From Verrucomicrobiota bacterium (GTDB lineage Bacteria; Verrucomicrobiota; Verrucomicrobiia; Opitutales; Cerasicoccaceae), in assembly GCA_039818205.1 (NCBI GenBank), contig JBCBUK010000002.1, positions 1 through 64,000 of the forward strand: a DNA stretch of 64,000 nucleotides, given 5' to 3'. The translations under genes and the position numbers were made by a program. Below the pieces are notes generated by a model. The model made no database searches and was not told the origin of the DNA. It saw only the letters and a program-made list of their open reading frames with translations. Positions 8,532 through 18,590 of this stretch are shown one piece after another; within the stretch, counting starts at the first letter, position 1, and the number at the start of each line of letters is the position of its first letter.

Positions 8532-9698
8532 TCAATTGTTTGCCGAGTCCGTGGCAGTAAGTTCGATCGTCCCCGGCTGCGGGGCAATGGGCATACCGGG
8601 TTGAAGAAACTGCACGCCCATGATTACGATGCGATCTCCTGGCTGGAGGCCATCTCGGACAACGCGAAGGTTGTGATGCATCGGTCCCAAATCAATGCGT
8701 CTTGGTTCGACTGTATTGTCGTCCCGAACAACCCATACGAAACGGTGCGTTTGGTCGGCTCCAATGGCAGCGTCGGGGATGAGCAATTGATCTTTCTCCT
8801 TAGAGGCCGGCACTCGAATCCGCGCAAACAGCCCGGGAGTAAGGAACTCGTCGTCGTTCTCGAATATTGCGCGTACTGTCATCGTGGCAGTGTCGGGATC
8901 AATACGGTTGCTCGCGAAGTCGACTTCGCCTACATGGGGAAATCCCGCTTCATCATCCAGACCCAGATACGCCGGCAGAGATATGTCTGATCCGCGTCCC
9001 GGTGTTTCTCCTTCAAAAAAGCGTCGCACGCCGCGAAGGAAAGAACGTTCATCCACCTCGTAGTAAGCATAGATTGGATCGTGTGGGACGATGGTCGTGA
9101 GTAGGGTTGCAATCGCTTGTTCACCGCTTACCAGGTTTCCAACGGTCACGATATGGCGATCAGCTATTCCGTAAATTGGTGCTTCTATCTGTGTGTAGCT
9201 TAGATTAAGCCGCGCAATTTCGAGCTCGGCTTCAGCCGCCTTAACATCCGCCGCTGCCTGCAGCGCTTCGCTACGTCGAATGTCCGCCTCTTCTCTACTA
9301 ATGGCATCGGCATCTGCGAGGCGTTCGGCCCGCTCCAAGTTTGCCGTAGCCAACGAAAGGGCGGCCTGTTCCTGCTCCAGTTGGGCTTGCATCCGGTTTA
9401 CCTGCGCCTCGAATGGAGCAGGATCGATTATGTATAGCAGATCGCCTTTTTGGACTTTCTGGCCTTCTTCAAAGTGGATCGACTTGATGTAGCCATTTAC
9501 TCGCGGACGGATTTCGACCATTTCTACCGCCTCTAGCCGCCCGGTGAATTCTGCGAACTCGGTGATCCGTTCTACCACCGGAATAGCCACGGTAACCGGT
9601 AAGGCTTGTGGGGCCGTATTGGGCTGCTCTTCTTTGCCGCACGCAGCTAGCAAGACTGCAGTGCTGGACAGAATTATAATTGGAAGTGATCTACTCAT
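8532..9698 (-). CDS. RND efflux periplasmic adaptor (MFP) lipoprotein
   Basis: Lipobox LAAC after ATG 9698; EIRPRVNG..KGDLLYIIDP, IEAPIYG, LTPGLFARIR. Directly upstream of the permease. Confidence 0.92.
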   Translation of the reverse strand: MSRSLPIIILSSTAVLLAACGKEEQPNTAPQALPVTVAIPVVERITEFAEFTGRLEAVEMVEIRPRVNGYIKSIHFEEGQKVQKGDLLYIIDPAPFEAQVNRMQAQLEQEQAALSLATANLERAERLADADAISREEADIRRSEALQAAADVKAAEAELEIARLNLSYTQIEAPIYGIADRHIVTVGNLVSGEQAIATLLTTIVPHDPIYAYYEVDERSFLRGVRRFFEGETPGRGSDISLPAYLGLDDEAGFPHVGEVDFASNRIDPDTATMTVRAIFENDDEFLTPGLFARIRVPASKEKDQLLIPDAAIGADQTHRFVWVVRDDNTVEPRRIDLGPMHHNLRVVRDGLQPGDRIVIMGVQFLQPGMPIAPQPGTIELTATDSANN

Positions 9699-10108
9699 CG
9701 AAAAATTGTTTGAAATACTGGAGTGCCTAGTGCGCCGATTCTCGGCGATACCCTGCAATAACTAGCGGTTCTTTTGCTTTGTGCGATAACCGTATCACAG
9801 ATTCGTGCTATGATCGTACCCACACTTGGACTTTTTGCAAATTTGACACAAATACAGCGACCTAATCTTAGCCGCGTTTCAGTGTGAAAAGAGAAACCTG
9901 AGAGTTTGTCGCTTCCTTAGGCTCTTTCTGTCATTGAATCTCAGTATGATACAGTAGTCTACTGTGTGCATCGGCTGGCCGGCCGCAGTTTTGTTGATGG
10001 TGCCATTTCAAACGACAGCGCGCATGTATGATCTAATTCAAATGGCACCGCTCGTATTGCGTCAATTTTTCTCCGAGAGCATGACTCGGATGAGTGGCCG
10101 AGCGTTCG

Positions 10109-11161
10109 CTAGGCAAGTTGTTGCTCATCGGCGAACTGCGCAACTTGATCGATTACGTATTGGCTGAGGTCGACGTGATCGTCGATTAGTTGCTTGTGCG
10201 CATTGCGAATGCTCTCGGGGTCTCGCTCCAGACGTTCTAACAAGGGATCAATCTGGTCGATCGCTTGTTGCGGCTCAGGGAATCCATAAACCAGTTGGTA
10301 GCGCTTCTGTTGGTCCTCGAGATAGCCACGAGCTTCGGTGTCGTTAATGTAAATTGCCGGAGTTCCCAGGCAGGCAGCTTCGCTGGCCGTTGAAGCGCCT
10401 TCGGTAATTACAAAGTGGGCGAAAGCCAGTGCATCGTGGAACCAATCAGGTGGGCAGGGGAATCGTAGCGGTTCAAGTGCCTCGGGCAGGCGCCCGCCCT
10501 CGGGAACGATGAAACATCGCGCCCTGGGTTTTACTTGGTCGAGGATATCGTTTAAGGTGTGGCGAATGCCGCCGTGCTTGATGTCATGGTAGGTGTCCCA
10601 GGCGGAAAGCCGAATGATTGCATAACGCTCACCTTCGGTTAGGCCTAGTTTGGTGAGCACTTCCTTGCGCGGTTTAAAGCGATCGGGGTGGAGAAAGGCC
10701 AGTTCGTGATAACTGGGGTAACGAATTTGCTTCGGACCGAGTGGCTTGTAGAAACACTCGGGCGTATAGATTCGTTTGGTAAATGGATGGGCGATTCGGT
10801 GATTAAAGTGCTGGAATTCGCTGTCGGTAAATATCCACTGTGGTACATTCAGAATGAACGACGACTGGGTATAGCTTCCCATTAAACTAAGCAAAAGGTC
10901 TGGCTTGAACCTAAGTATTTCGCGAGCCACGCGGAGTTGCCGGGACGCGAATTGGCCGAACGCGAGTGTCTTCTTTTTCCCGCCCGTCGGTGCCGGGGGA
11001 ATTACGGTTGGCATCCACGAGTAGCATTCGGACAGGGAACGCATAACATCGCGATCTCGACCGATGACGCGGATGTCGTACCCTTTGCCTACCCAATGTT
11101 GAACTGGGTATTTAAAAAAGTGAATGTGCGCCGGGTGATGGGTCTCTAAGAGTATGCGCAT
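10109..11161 (-). CDS. DUF354-family GT-B-like protein
   Basis: HHPAHIHFFK, YHELAFLHPDRFKP, EGASTASEAACLGTPAI. Confidence 0.8.
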   Translation of the reverse strand: MRILLETHHPAHIHFFKYPVQHWVGKGYDIRVIGRDRDVMRSLSECYSWMPTVIPPAPTGGKKKTLAFGQFASRQLRVAREILRFKPDLLLSLMGSYTQSSFILNVPQWIFTDSEFQHFNHRIAHPFTKRIYTPECFYKPLGPKQIRYPSYHELAFLHPDRFKPRKEVLTKLGLTEGERYAIIRLSAWDTYHDIKHGGIRHTLNDILDQVKPRARCFIVPEGGRLPEALEPLRFPCPPDWFHDALAFAHFVITEGASTASEAACLGTPAIYINDTEARGYLEDQQKRYQLVYGFPEPQQAIDQIDPLLERLERDPESIRNAHKQLIDDHVDLSQYVIDQVAQFADEQQLA

Positions 11162-11302
11162 TGCCGGGTCATTAAAAGCATTAGAGGCTTGGATGCGAGG
11201 AGTTTTCGTGGGGGATGTTCAAGGGCAGAATCACTGCTTGATCGCGATGGCGAAGTCGTTCGTGTTCCATCGTAGTCAGTCGACAATGAAACCGATGAGC
11301 GG

Positions 11303-12190
11303 TTATTTGCTTCGGAATATTCTTTTCACCGCCGCAGAGGGTTTCTTTAGTAAATACTTCTGGAGGGATACGTATTTTATTTTGCGCAGTAGATAAACAG
11401 TTCCATCCCAATGTCCTTGGTGCTTTGATATCAATTGGCTGATGTCTAAGCGTTCGATTTCATCTTCAATATCGCTATCCTTGTCGCCCTTTATCTCCAG
11501 TTTTTTGGCATTGCTTTGAAATGCCCGTTCTGCGCCTAGAATTACGGCCGCGCGACGGGGACTTTGGTCACGAAGGAGCAGGTGCCAGATATCTCGAAGG
11601 AGATCCAATTGAAGTTCGGCCTGACCAACGTTTTTGATCAGTCGATCGCGCTGGATAACCTTTAGCGCTCGGTGAAACCCGAACTGGTATGCGTGAGAGA
11701 TTGATGGCTCTGGCGAATGGTCCGCTACGGGGGCAGGCTCGTCCCAAAAGATTTTCCGTTGGCCCTGTATTTCGGGTTGGTAGTCAACAAATAAGTCTTC
11801 TTGGCTAAACTGCCAGTTTGCCCGATTGCTGAACATATGCATTCCCAGAATATTGCGATCAGAGTACCAGTCCTTGACGGCGAAAATTCCGTGATCAAGC
11901 GATGAGTCTTGTTGAAATATCTCTAATAACTCTTCGACGATTGTATCTCGATTCAATACCATATCGGCGTCGATCTTGATGAAGTAATCGAACTCTGACT
12001 GAAGCGACATGAATCTCTTGTAGAGTTTTTCGTGGGCTTCTTTGTTGGGGAGGAAACGGATAATTTCCTGTTCGATGGAAGGGTAGCTTTGCGATTCAAT
12101 TGATTCAATACACTGCTCAAGTTCGTTCTCGCCAATGTATAGAGTGCCAACGAAAACTTTTGGATAGTCGCTCTGATGATTTGTTGGCAT
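11303..12190 (-). CDS. Glycosyltransferase, GT-A fold (GT2-like)
   Basis: CIESIESQSYP and DxD motif YFIKIDADMVL; lies in the polysaccharide cluster. Confidence 0.7.
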   Translation of the reverse strand: MPTNHQSDYPKVFVGTLYIGENELEQCIESIESQSYPSIEQEIIRFLPNKEAHEKLYKRFMSLQSEFDYFIKIDADMVLNRDTIVEELLEIFQQDSSLDHGIFAVKDWYSDRNILGMHMFSNRANWQFSQEDLFVDYQPEIQGQRKIFWDEPAPVADHSPEPSISHAYQFGFHRALKVIQRDRLIKNVGQAELQLDLLRDIWHLLLRDQSPRRAAVILGAERAFQSNAKKLEIKGDKDSDIEDEIERLDISQLISKHQGHWDGTVYLLRKIKYVSLQKYLLKKPSAAVKRIFRSK

Positions 12191-12232
12191 TCCAATTTAC
12201 TTTGTTATAGAGAGTATTTCGACCGCCTCTGA

Positions 12233-13162
12233 TCAGGAGGTCTGCTGGATTGTCCGGTTGACGTCGTCGACACTCTTGACCTCACAGCGAGGAAAAACGG
12301 TGCGCTTTCGCGAATCAACTGCAGGTTGGTACTTTGTCGTAAATGTCGCTAGTCCACACTTGCTGGCAATTTTCTGGCAGGCTCGACTGGTTGCACCGTA
12401 GGGGAAGGCAAATGTGGAGGCAGGTGCTTGAAGCTCCGATTCTAAGCGTTGCATGTCTCGATTTATTTCGTTTCGAACGATTGCCGCCGGTTGCTTGCTC
12501 AGTGCCAGGTGTGAGTAGGTATGTACTCCGATCGAGATTAATGGATGCTGGTGTAGCTCGCGGACTTCATCCCAGGTAAGGAAAAGGTTTTGTACTGAAT
12601 CGATGATGTCCTGGTCCGGGCAAATATTATCGAGAAATCTACTCCGTTCGTCATACGACGCAGGCTTCAGTTGATTCGTGACTTGCCGGTATACTTGTTC
12701 TTTCTTTTCGATACTGTCTATGTGGACGGTTGTAGAGGATCCGTCGTTGGAAAGTTCAATTTCATCGCGGCGGCTGATTTCCGCTGCGACTACCAGCTCA
12801 TAAGGTAACACTTTCCGGTCAATAAAACCGGAGGTAACAAATATGGTTGCCGGAACGGAGTGCTGTTCGAGCAACGGTAGCGCAGTTGTCAGATTGTCTT
12901 GGTAACCATCATCGAATGAAAGCGTGCACATCCGCTGACGGGTATGTTGCAGGTTTTCAGCGTTAGTTAGTCGGTCGAGGGGTACTGATTCAAATTGGGA
13001 AATTTGCTCGAGTAAGTATCTGAAAGTGCTTGGTTGAAGAAATATATCAGGCCCAAGATCCAGGAAGGTTGGATTCTCCCGGACACTGTGCAGGAAGAAT
13101 GAGGTTAGCGTTCGTTTTCGCTGAAAGAGTTGCTTAAGGGCTTTCATCGAGCATTCGATCAA
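12233..13162 (-). CDS. Polysaccharide deacetylase (CE4/NodB family)
   Basis: LSFDDGY, PATIFV, GVHTYSHLAL, FAFPYG. The start may be at 13147. Confidence 0.9.
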   Translation of the reverse strand: MIECSMKALKQLFQRKRTLTSFFLHSVRENPTFLDLGPDIFLQPSTFRYLLEQISQFESVPLDRLTNAENLQHTRQRMCTLSFDDGYQDNLTTALPLLEQHSVPATIFVTSGFIDRKVLPYELVVAAEISRRDEIELSNDGSSTTVHIDSIEKKEQVYRQVTNQLKPASYDERSRFLDNICPDQDIIDSVQNLFLTWDEVRELHQHPLISIGVHTYSHLALSKQPAAIVRNEINRDMQRLESELQAPASTFAFPYGATSRACQKIASKCGLATFTTKYQPAVDSRKRTVFPRCEVKSVDDVNRTIQQTS

Positions 13163-13184
13163 ATTTCTAACAAACCCGATTGGT

Positions 13185-14048
13185 TTACCGTTCTTTTGGT
13201 TCGAAAGACTTCCAGTGGTTCAAGTTCCGACCGGTAAATTGTTCAAGGCGGGATATGTCATTCGCGAAAAGCATTTTCATTTCGTGAATGGTGGCGTCGT
13301 CAACATCGGCAACTTTCTCGATGCGCTTCTCTGAAAACAAGAAATTCAATCCGCGAAAGAGAAACTTAAGGGGCGGAATCTTCGCTGTGGATGTTTCTAA
13401 TCGCCTCTGACGTTGGGATTTAAAAGCTCCTGCTTTATTGACTTTCTTGTTCATGACACTGGGCGTTTGACTAGAGTCAATGCCAGCAAACAGACATGCT
13501 TCTTGATAGAACTTTAATGGATCCGATTCTAGATCATCAAAGAACAGTACTTTGATTTGGTCCCTAGGGAAAAAGCTTAAATATTTTTCGATATGAAGCG
13601 AATATAGGCCAGGCGCGATCCAGTTTGTGTAAAGATCTTGGTTTGTCAGCGCTTCGTCGAATGCAAAGTTAAAACGGTCTTTCTTCTTCTCGTGCCAATA
13701 GTGAGAGAAGGCTCGTTCAATCGGATTTCTCGCCGTAAGCATGATCTTGGCTTTGGGATTGTAGTCAAAGATCCGCTGCGGGGAGGATGCATCGGCAAGA
13801 TAGCTTGGAGTTGGATCAAATACGATAGCTTCGGATGACGGATCGAAATGCTTTTCGTACCATTCAAATCCTCGGTGGAAATTGATGTTGAAAAAATGAA
13901 TAGAGTCTTGCGGAGAGGTAACAATCTGTGGGTGTTCTCGTAGGGCGCGATAAAGCCAAGTCGTGCCGCTCTTGGGGGGACCAACATGAAAAAGATCCAC
14001 TATTCGTGGGGTCGCGAGATTTTCTCGATCAGGAGACTGGGTGGCCAT
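13185..14048 (-). CDS. PAPS-dependent sulfotransferase
   Basis: 5'-PSB motif GPPKSGTTWL, 3'-PB motif RNPIERAFSHY, also DPTPSYL. Confidence 0.9.
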   Translation of the reverse strand: MATQSPDRENLATPRIVDLFHVGPPKSGTTWLYRALREHPQIVTSPQDSIHFFNINFHRGFEWYEKHFDPSSEAIVFDPTPSYLADASSPQRIFDYNPKAKIMLTARNPIERAFSHYWHEKKKDRFNFAFDEALTNQDLYTNWIAPGLYSLHIEKYLSFFPRDQIKVLFFDDLESDPLKFYQEACLFAGIDSSQTPSVMNKKVNKAGAFKSQRQRRLETSTAKIPPLKFLFRGLNFLFSEKRIEKVADVDDATIHEMKMLFANDISRLEQFTGRNLNHWKSFEPKER

Positions 14049-15369
14049 TGAATATAATGAGGAGTGAAATGATATTGAGTGCAAGAATAAGCAAGTAGTC
14101 TGGTAAGCGCAACGGCCTGAAACCTAGTTTTACCGCCATGTAGATCTGAAGGCAGATGTTGACTAGTGCGATGGACATCATTGTCCCGAATGCAGCTCCC
14201 ATGATTCCAAACGAGGGGATCAGAATAATGTTGAGAGAAACGATGAGAAAAAGCGTTGTCGTTGTCGTGACGAGTGTCGCGGTCGACAAGCCGTTGAACA
14301 TCAAGAATCGTCCATTTGGCCCAAATGCGTTGCGATTGAAATGAGCGAGTGCCAGGACTACTAGAATGGGGAACGTTTCACTATAGTTGCCAAAGAGTGA
14401 GAGAAGGGACTTGCCGAAAACCAGCAATACAACCAACACTGAAATGGCAGTGAGCGTCGAGAACACACGGGCCTTATTATACTCGCTCAACAGTTCTTGC
14501 TCGTTGCCTTGCTGAATGATTTGCCGAAGACGGGTAGACAGTAGCGGGCTGAGCATTGTGTTTCCCGCTGCAACTAGGATTGCGACCTTGGCAGCGACCG
14601 CATATTCAGCAACTGCAATAGGTGTTAAGAGGACACCGATCATGATCAGATCAATTCTTTCGACTCCAGTATGCGTGAATTTTGTGAGCATCAGCCTGAG
14701 GGAATAGGTGATGTCACTTCGATCGAGATCCTCATTTTGTCGGGCGTCAAGGTTCTCCAGAGAGTCTTGTCCCTTTTGAAATAAATACAGAAAGAGGACA
14801 ATATTCAGGAGTGATGGAAGCAGGATGAAGGCACCAAGCCATATCTTGTCGATTTCCGATGCCTGATCCATCAGCACGATCACCAGAATCTTGAAAATAT
14901 TGATGAATATCGCGATTGATATTGTGGCCTCCACGCGCTTGTTCGCCTGAAAAAACGCCACGAATAGTGTGCCGACGACTGCGAAGATGGCGTTTATTGA
15001 GAATATGAATAGCCAGAATGCATCCGTGCTAAACTGATTTCCGAGTAGCCACCATGCGCCGATTAGAACCGATTCCGTTAGAACTACTGCTCCAACACTG
15101 ATCGAGACGAGCGATCTCAGTAACCGTCCGCCATTGAAGCCGCCACTCTTTTTGGAGTCTCCGGCGATCTTATAAATCAGTAGTTTATCAAATCCGAGAA
15201 CCGCGAAGACTAGGATGTAGCCGAATAGTGATTGGAAAAAAGCATATTGGCCAAAGGTCTCTTGGCCGAACATCTTGTTAATCAGCGCAATCCCAATGTA
15301 TCCACTCGCAAAAAGTGAGGCTTGGTTAATGCAAGTAAGTACGATTGTTCCTTTGTAATGCCTTAGCAC
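14029..15369 (-). CDS. Wzx-like oligosaccharide flippase
   Basis: Polytopic membrane protein; FGQETFGQY, RIDLIMIG..AEYAVA, LIPSFGIMGAA. Confidence 0.85.
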   Translation of the reverse strand: MLRHYKGTIVLTCINQASLFASGYIGIALINKMFGQETFGQYAFFQSLFGYILVFAVLGFDKLLIYKIAGDSKKSGGFNGGRLLRSLVSISVGAVVLTESVLIGAWWLLGNQFSTDAFWLFIFSINAIFAVVGTLFVAFFQANKRVEATISIAIFINIFKILVIVLMDQASEIDKIWLGAFILLPSLLNIVLFLYLFQKGQDSLENLDARQNEDLDRSDITYSLRLMLTKFTHTGVERIDLIMIGVLLTPIAVAEYAVAAKVAILVAAGNTMLSPLLSTRLRQIIQQGNEQELLSEYNKARVFSTLTAISVLVVLLVFGKSLLSLFGNYSETFPILVVLALAHFNRNAFGPNGRFLMFNGLSTATLVTTTTTLFLIVSLNIILIPSFGIMGAAFGTMMSIALVNICLQIYMAVKLGFRPLRLPDYLLILALNIISLLIIFNGHPVS

Positions 15370-15588
15370 TTTTACGTAATCGTCAACTTGGATGTTAGTA
15401 AATCGCTTGGAGCCTTAGTCGCACAGATGCGGGAATTAGGGAAACAAGTTTCCTGAGCAGGCTCACAATGGTGATGGGTTAAGGTGCTGTTTATGAGCAA
15501 ATAACGGGTCCGAGGCTGCAGCAGATTGCCACCGCCTGCAATGACATTCTCTTGGAAATAGAGCGACCAGGCGCCTTCGCCCAGATGT

Positions 15589-16728
15589 TCATTTTTGGAA
15601 AAAAGCGCGCTCGAGCGCCATCAATTGCTCGAGTATTTTCTGCGGATCGCAAAGGTCGATGACGTGTTGTCGCCGAGCGTCTATGTCCTCGTGGCGCGGG
15701 ATGGCTAGGGTTCGCAACAAGCCTTCGGCTAACTGTTTATCATCTTGTGGAGTCGTCACCACGCCATGATCGCCGACAATGGCTGCCGACTCGCCGACGT
15801 CAGTCGCGACGATCTGGCAGCCGCACGCCATGGCTTCAGCCAGCACATTGCTGAAGCCCTCGCCAAAGCTTGAGCTGGAGCACAAGATGTCGATCGCGCT
15901 GAGAACGCCGGGCATCTCCTTGGCAGGTGCTTGGTCGAGGAACATCAATCGCTCGCTGATGCCCAAGCTGTTGGCTTGTTCGGCTAGTTCAGATTTGGCT
16001 TGTTGGGCGTTGGGTCCGATCATGATGAATCGGGCTTGGTCGTTGGCTTCGGCGACGATCGCGGCAGCCCGCAGGAAGCCAGCATGATTCTTCATCGGTG
16101 CAAACCGCCCGACGATCGCGATGATCGGGGTGTCGTCGGAGAGGCCCCAGGATTCGCGGACCACGGCTCGTTGCCCTGAGTTCGGTTGGAAAAGGTTGGA
16201 GTCGATGAAGTTTGGTAGAAACAGCGTTTGCCCTTGGCACAAGCCCAACTCCCGGTAGGCGTCGAGGCCGCGATGACTGTTCGATATCTCACAGTTCACC
16301 CGTGATCGAACCAGGCGGGAAAGGTGCAGGATTGTCTTGATCTTCCAAGAGAACTGATGATGCGATACGCGATGGCCCCAGAGCAGGAGGCGTTCAGGTT
16401 CCCTTAGCACTGCTCGGGCGGCCACCCAGTTTGCCAATTCGCGTGCACTGTAGATGACGTTGAAATCCTGCTCCCGGCAGAGTCGACGCAATCGCTCGGA
16501 TGCGCCAACAAGCATTTTTGCTGGCGTCGAATTGGTGTCCTCATCGGCATAGAGCGAGTAGCGCTCCACTAGTTCGTTGGTCGGCAGCGGATCGTGTTGA
16601 TGCGAGAACATCGTTACTACCGCAACACGCCGGCTCGCCGATAGGTAGTTGGCAAGCGTGGTGAATTGTCGGGCGACCCCGCCAACGGGAAGGCTCCGAA
16701 GAAAGATGCACCAGCTTGGCGGTTTCAT
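15589..16728 (-). CDS. Glycosyltransferase family 4
   Basis: GGVARQ, VGRFAPMKNH, EGFSNVLAEAMACG, ATDVG. Confidence 0.92.
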   Translation of the reverse strand: MKPPSWCIFLRSLPVGGVARQFTTLANYLSASRRVAVVTMFSHQHDPLPTNELVERYSLYADEDTNSTPAKMLVGASERLRRLCREQDFNVIYSARELANWVAARAVLREPERLLLWGHRVSHHQFSWKIKTILHLSRLVRSRVNCEISNSHRGLDAYRELGLCQGQTLFLPNFIDSNLFQPNSGQRAVVRESWGLSDDTPIIAIVGRFAPMKNHAGFLRAAAIVAEANDQARFIMIGPNAQQAKSELAEQANSLGISERLMFLDQAPAKEMPGVLSAIDILCSSSSFGEGFSNVLAEAMACGCQIVATDVGESAAIVGDHGVVTTPQDDKQLAEGLLRTLAIPRHEDIDARRQHVIDLCDPQKILEQLMALERAFFQK

Positions 16729-17720
16729 GCGTCGGCCAGGGATTGAATGGCTCGGACGAGTCCCTCCTCACGGCGCTCGACGCTAAAGTGCTCAGCGATA
16801 CTCCCAGACTCGATTTCCATATGCAGGTCCTGGTCAAGTGCGACTTGAATCGCGTTCACGGCACCGTCGATATCGCCACCATCAACGGTGTAGCCCTGGT
16901 TCAGCGTTACCTCGGTGAGAGCCGTGTTATTTGCGACGACCGGGTAGCAACCACACGCTACGGCCTCGATTGCGGAAAGACCAAAGCCTTCGTGGTGCGA
17001 GAGCTGCAAATAGACCTTGCTGGCCAGAAGTTCTTGCAACAATTCCTCGCGGCTCAGAAAACCGCGAATTTCGAGATTGGGCGGAGCCATCGCCTTGAGC
17101 CGATCTATCGTGTCGTCGACCGGTTTTCCAGCGAGCAGGAAGTGGGTGTTCGGCATCTTCTTGGCGACTTCGACAAAGCGAAAATGGCCTTTGCGCCGGG
17201 AGATGAAATTTTCCATCGCTCCGATCGTGATCACCTGATTTTTCCGCGGAGTTGTCTTGAGGACAGAGAACTCACAAAAGTCGACGGCGCAATAGATCGT
17301 CTGCGTTGCTTTCGGTTTCGCGAAGCGCAGCAGCTCTTCGCGGCTGAAGTCGGAGATCGTGAGGATGTCGTCGGCCGAGGAAAGGATCGAATGGCCTAAC
17401 TGTTTGAGAATCGGTCGATGTTGATGCCCGTAGTTTAGCTCAGGGCAATCGGCAACATCGTAGCCGCCAGCAATTATCGCCAGCTTGGGCTTTTTGCGAA
17501 TCAAGGGCCAGATCACGGCAAGCCAGGGATTGGCAAACCACGAAACCAGCACGTCGGTCTCTCGCATCAGCGCGATGAACCGCAGAATGTTCTGCGGGTC
17601 GTAGTTGTATTGGTGAACCGTGCACGGAAAATTCCGCCCGATGATCTCGTAATCCAATTCCTTGTAGTGAGCCGGAGATTCTCGGGCCAAGACGCATACT
17701 GTCGGTTTCTGATTCGTCAC
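16725..17720 (-). CDS. Glycosyltransferase family 4
   Basis: RRKGH, EGFGLSAIEAVACGC; 4-nt overlap with the next gene. Confidence 0.9.
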   Translation of the reverse strand: MTNQKPTVCVLARESPAHYKELDYEIIGRNFPCTVHQYNYDPQNILRFIALMRETDVLVSWFANPWLAVIWPLIRKKPKLAIIAGGYDVADCPELNYGHQHRPILKQLGHSILSSADDILTISDFSREELLRFAKPKATQTIYCAVDFCEFSVLKTTPRKNQVITIGAMENFISRRKGHFRFVEVAKKMPNTHFLLAGKPVDDTIDRLKAMAPPNLEIRGFLSREELLQELLASKVYLQLSHHEGFGLSAIEAVACGCYPVVANNTALTEVTLNQGYTVDGGDIDGAVNAIQVALDQDLHMEIESGSIAEHFSVERREEGLVRAIQSLADA

Positions 17721-18092
17721 TACTTGCCGGTGCTGGGTTCGGATAAGACGGATTGGATAGAATCAAAGCGACTGGCTGTAAAGCCAATAGAAATTCGCTC
17801 CCATCGGTCAATCGCAGTGAAAACGCTGAAAAGATCAGGAGTTTCTGATCTACCGCTCAGTCGGATTCCTGGCTTCGACAGTTAATCGTTCTTTGTCCAG
17901 AAGCGCCTGCCTGGTTTGCGCCAGCATGTCGCCAGCTGAGGTATTGGGAAAGGTCATTAAAGCCATTGGTCGTTCGCTGATAGTCGCGGTGAAGGCCGCT
18001 TCCATTTGCGAGTTGCGAAGGGGCGCCAATTTTTTTTGAAATTTTCCTTGCGCGCCTGCCAAAGAATTATCATGTTCCGCCTTTCCTTTGAT

Positions 18093-18170
18093 CGGGGCGT
18101 AGCGCAGCCTGGCTAGCGCATCTGCTTTGGGAGCAGAGGGTCGGGGGTTCGAATCCCTCCGCCCCGACCA
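18093..18170 (+). tRNA. tRNA-Pro (anticodon TGG)
   Basis: CGGGGCG acceptor stem, D arm TAGCGCAGCCTGGCTAGCGC, anticodon arm TCTGC-TTTGGGA-GCAGA, GGTTCGAATCC, encoded CCA. Confidence 0.97.
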
Positions 18171-18590
18171 TAAAGGATAAGTTGCGAACACTTCAATGGG
18201 CTTAGTTCCCTGTTCGCATACCAGCATCAATCGATGCTAAACTAGCTGATAGTCAACTGCTTGCGAGGCAGGCTATTCCACATGGAATCCTTCAGGCGGA
18301 AGATTCAGTGGTCACATGACAATCTAGAGTAGCTACATCTTTGCGTTTTCCTATCCGTGAGAGCTGGAATAAGGCACAATCGGCGATACCTGCTACTGTT
18401 GCGGGCATGGGCCTATGTTTCGCTTTTCTGCATCTAGGATGAGGGGCCAACTCATCTCGTATGAGTTCGGATAGACCTAACCCATACTCTTGAAATTTTT
18501 AATCGAAGCGGGGGTCATCTGCCCGGTGGTCAACGGACATGTTCGATGGACATGCGGGGACGCATACCCATCGAGAAGCCTGATGGGTTT

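Noticed and set aside
17720..18230. ORF 17850..18230 and a possible frameshifted small gene upstream of the GT4
   Set aside because: The ORF is largely the antisense of tRNA-Pro (WSGRRDSNPRP). The remaining fragments show no recognisable motif.
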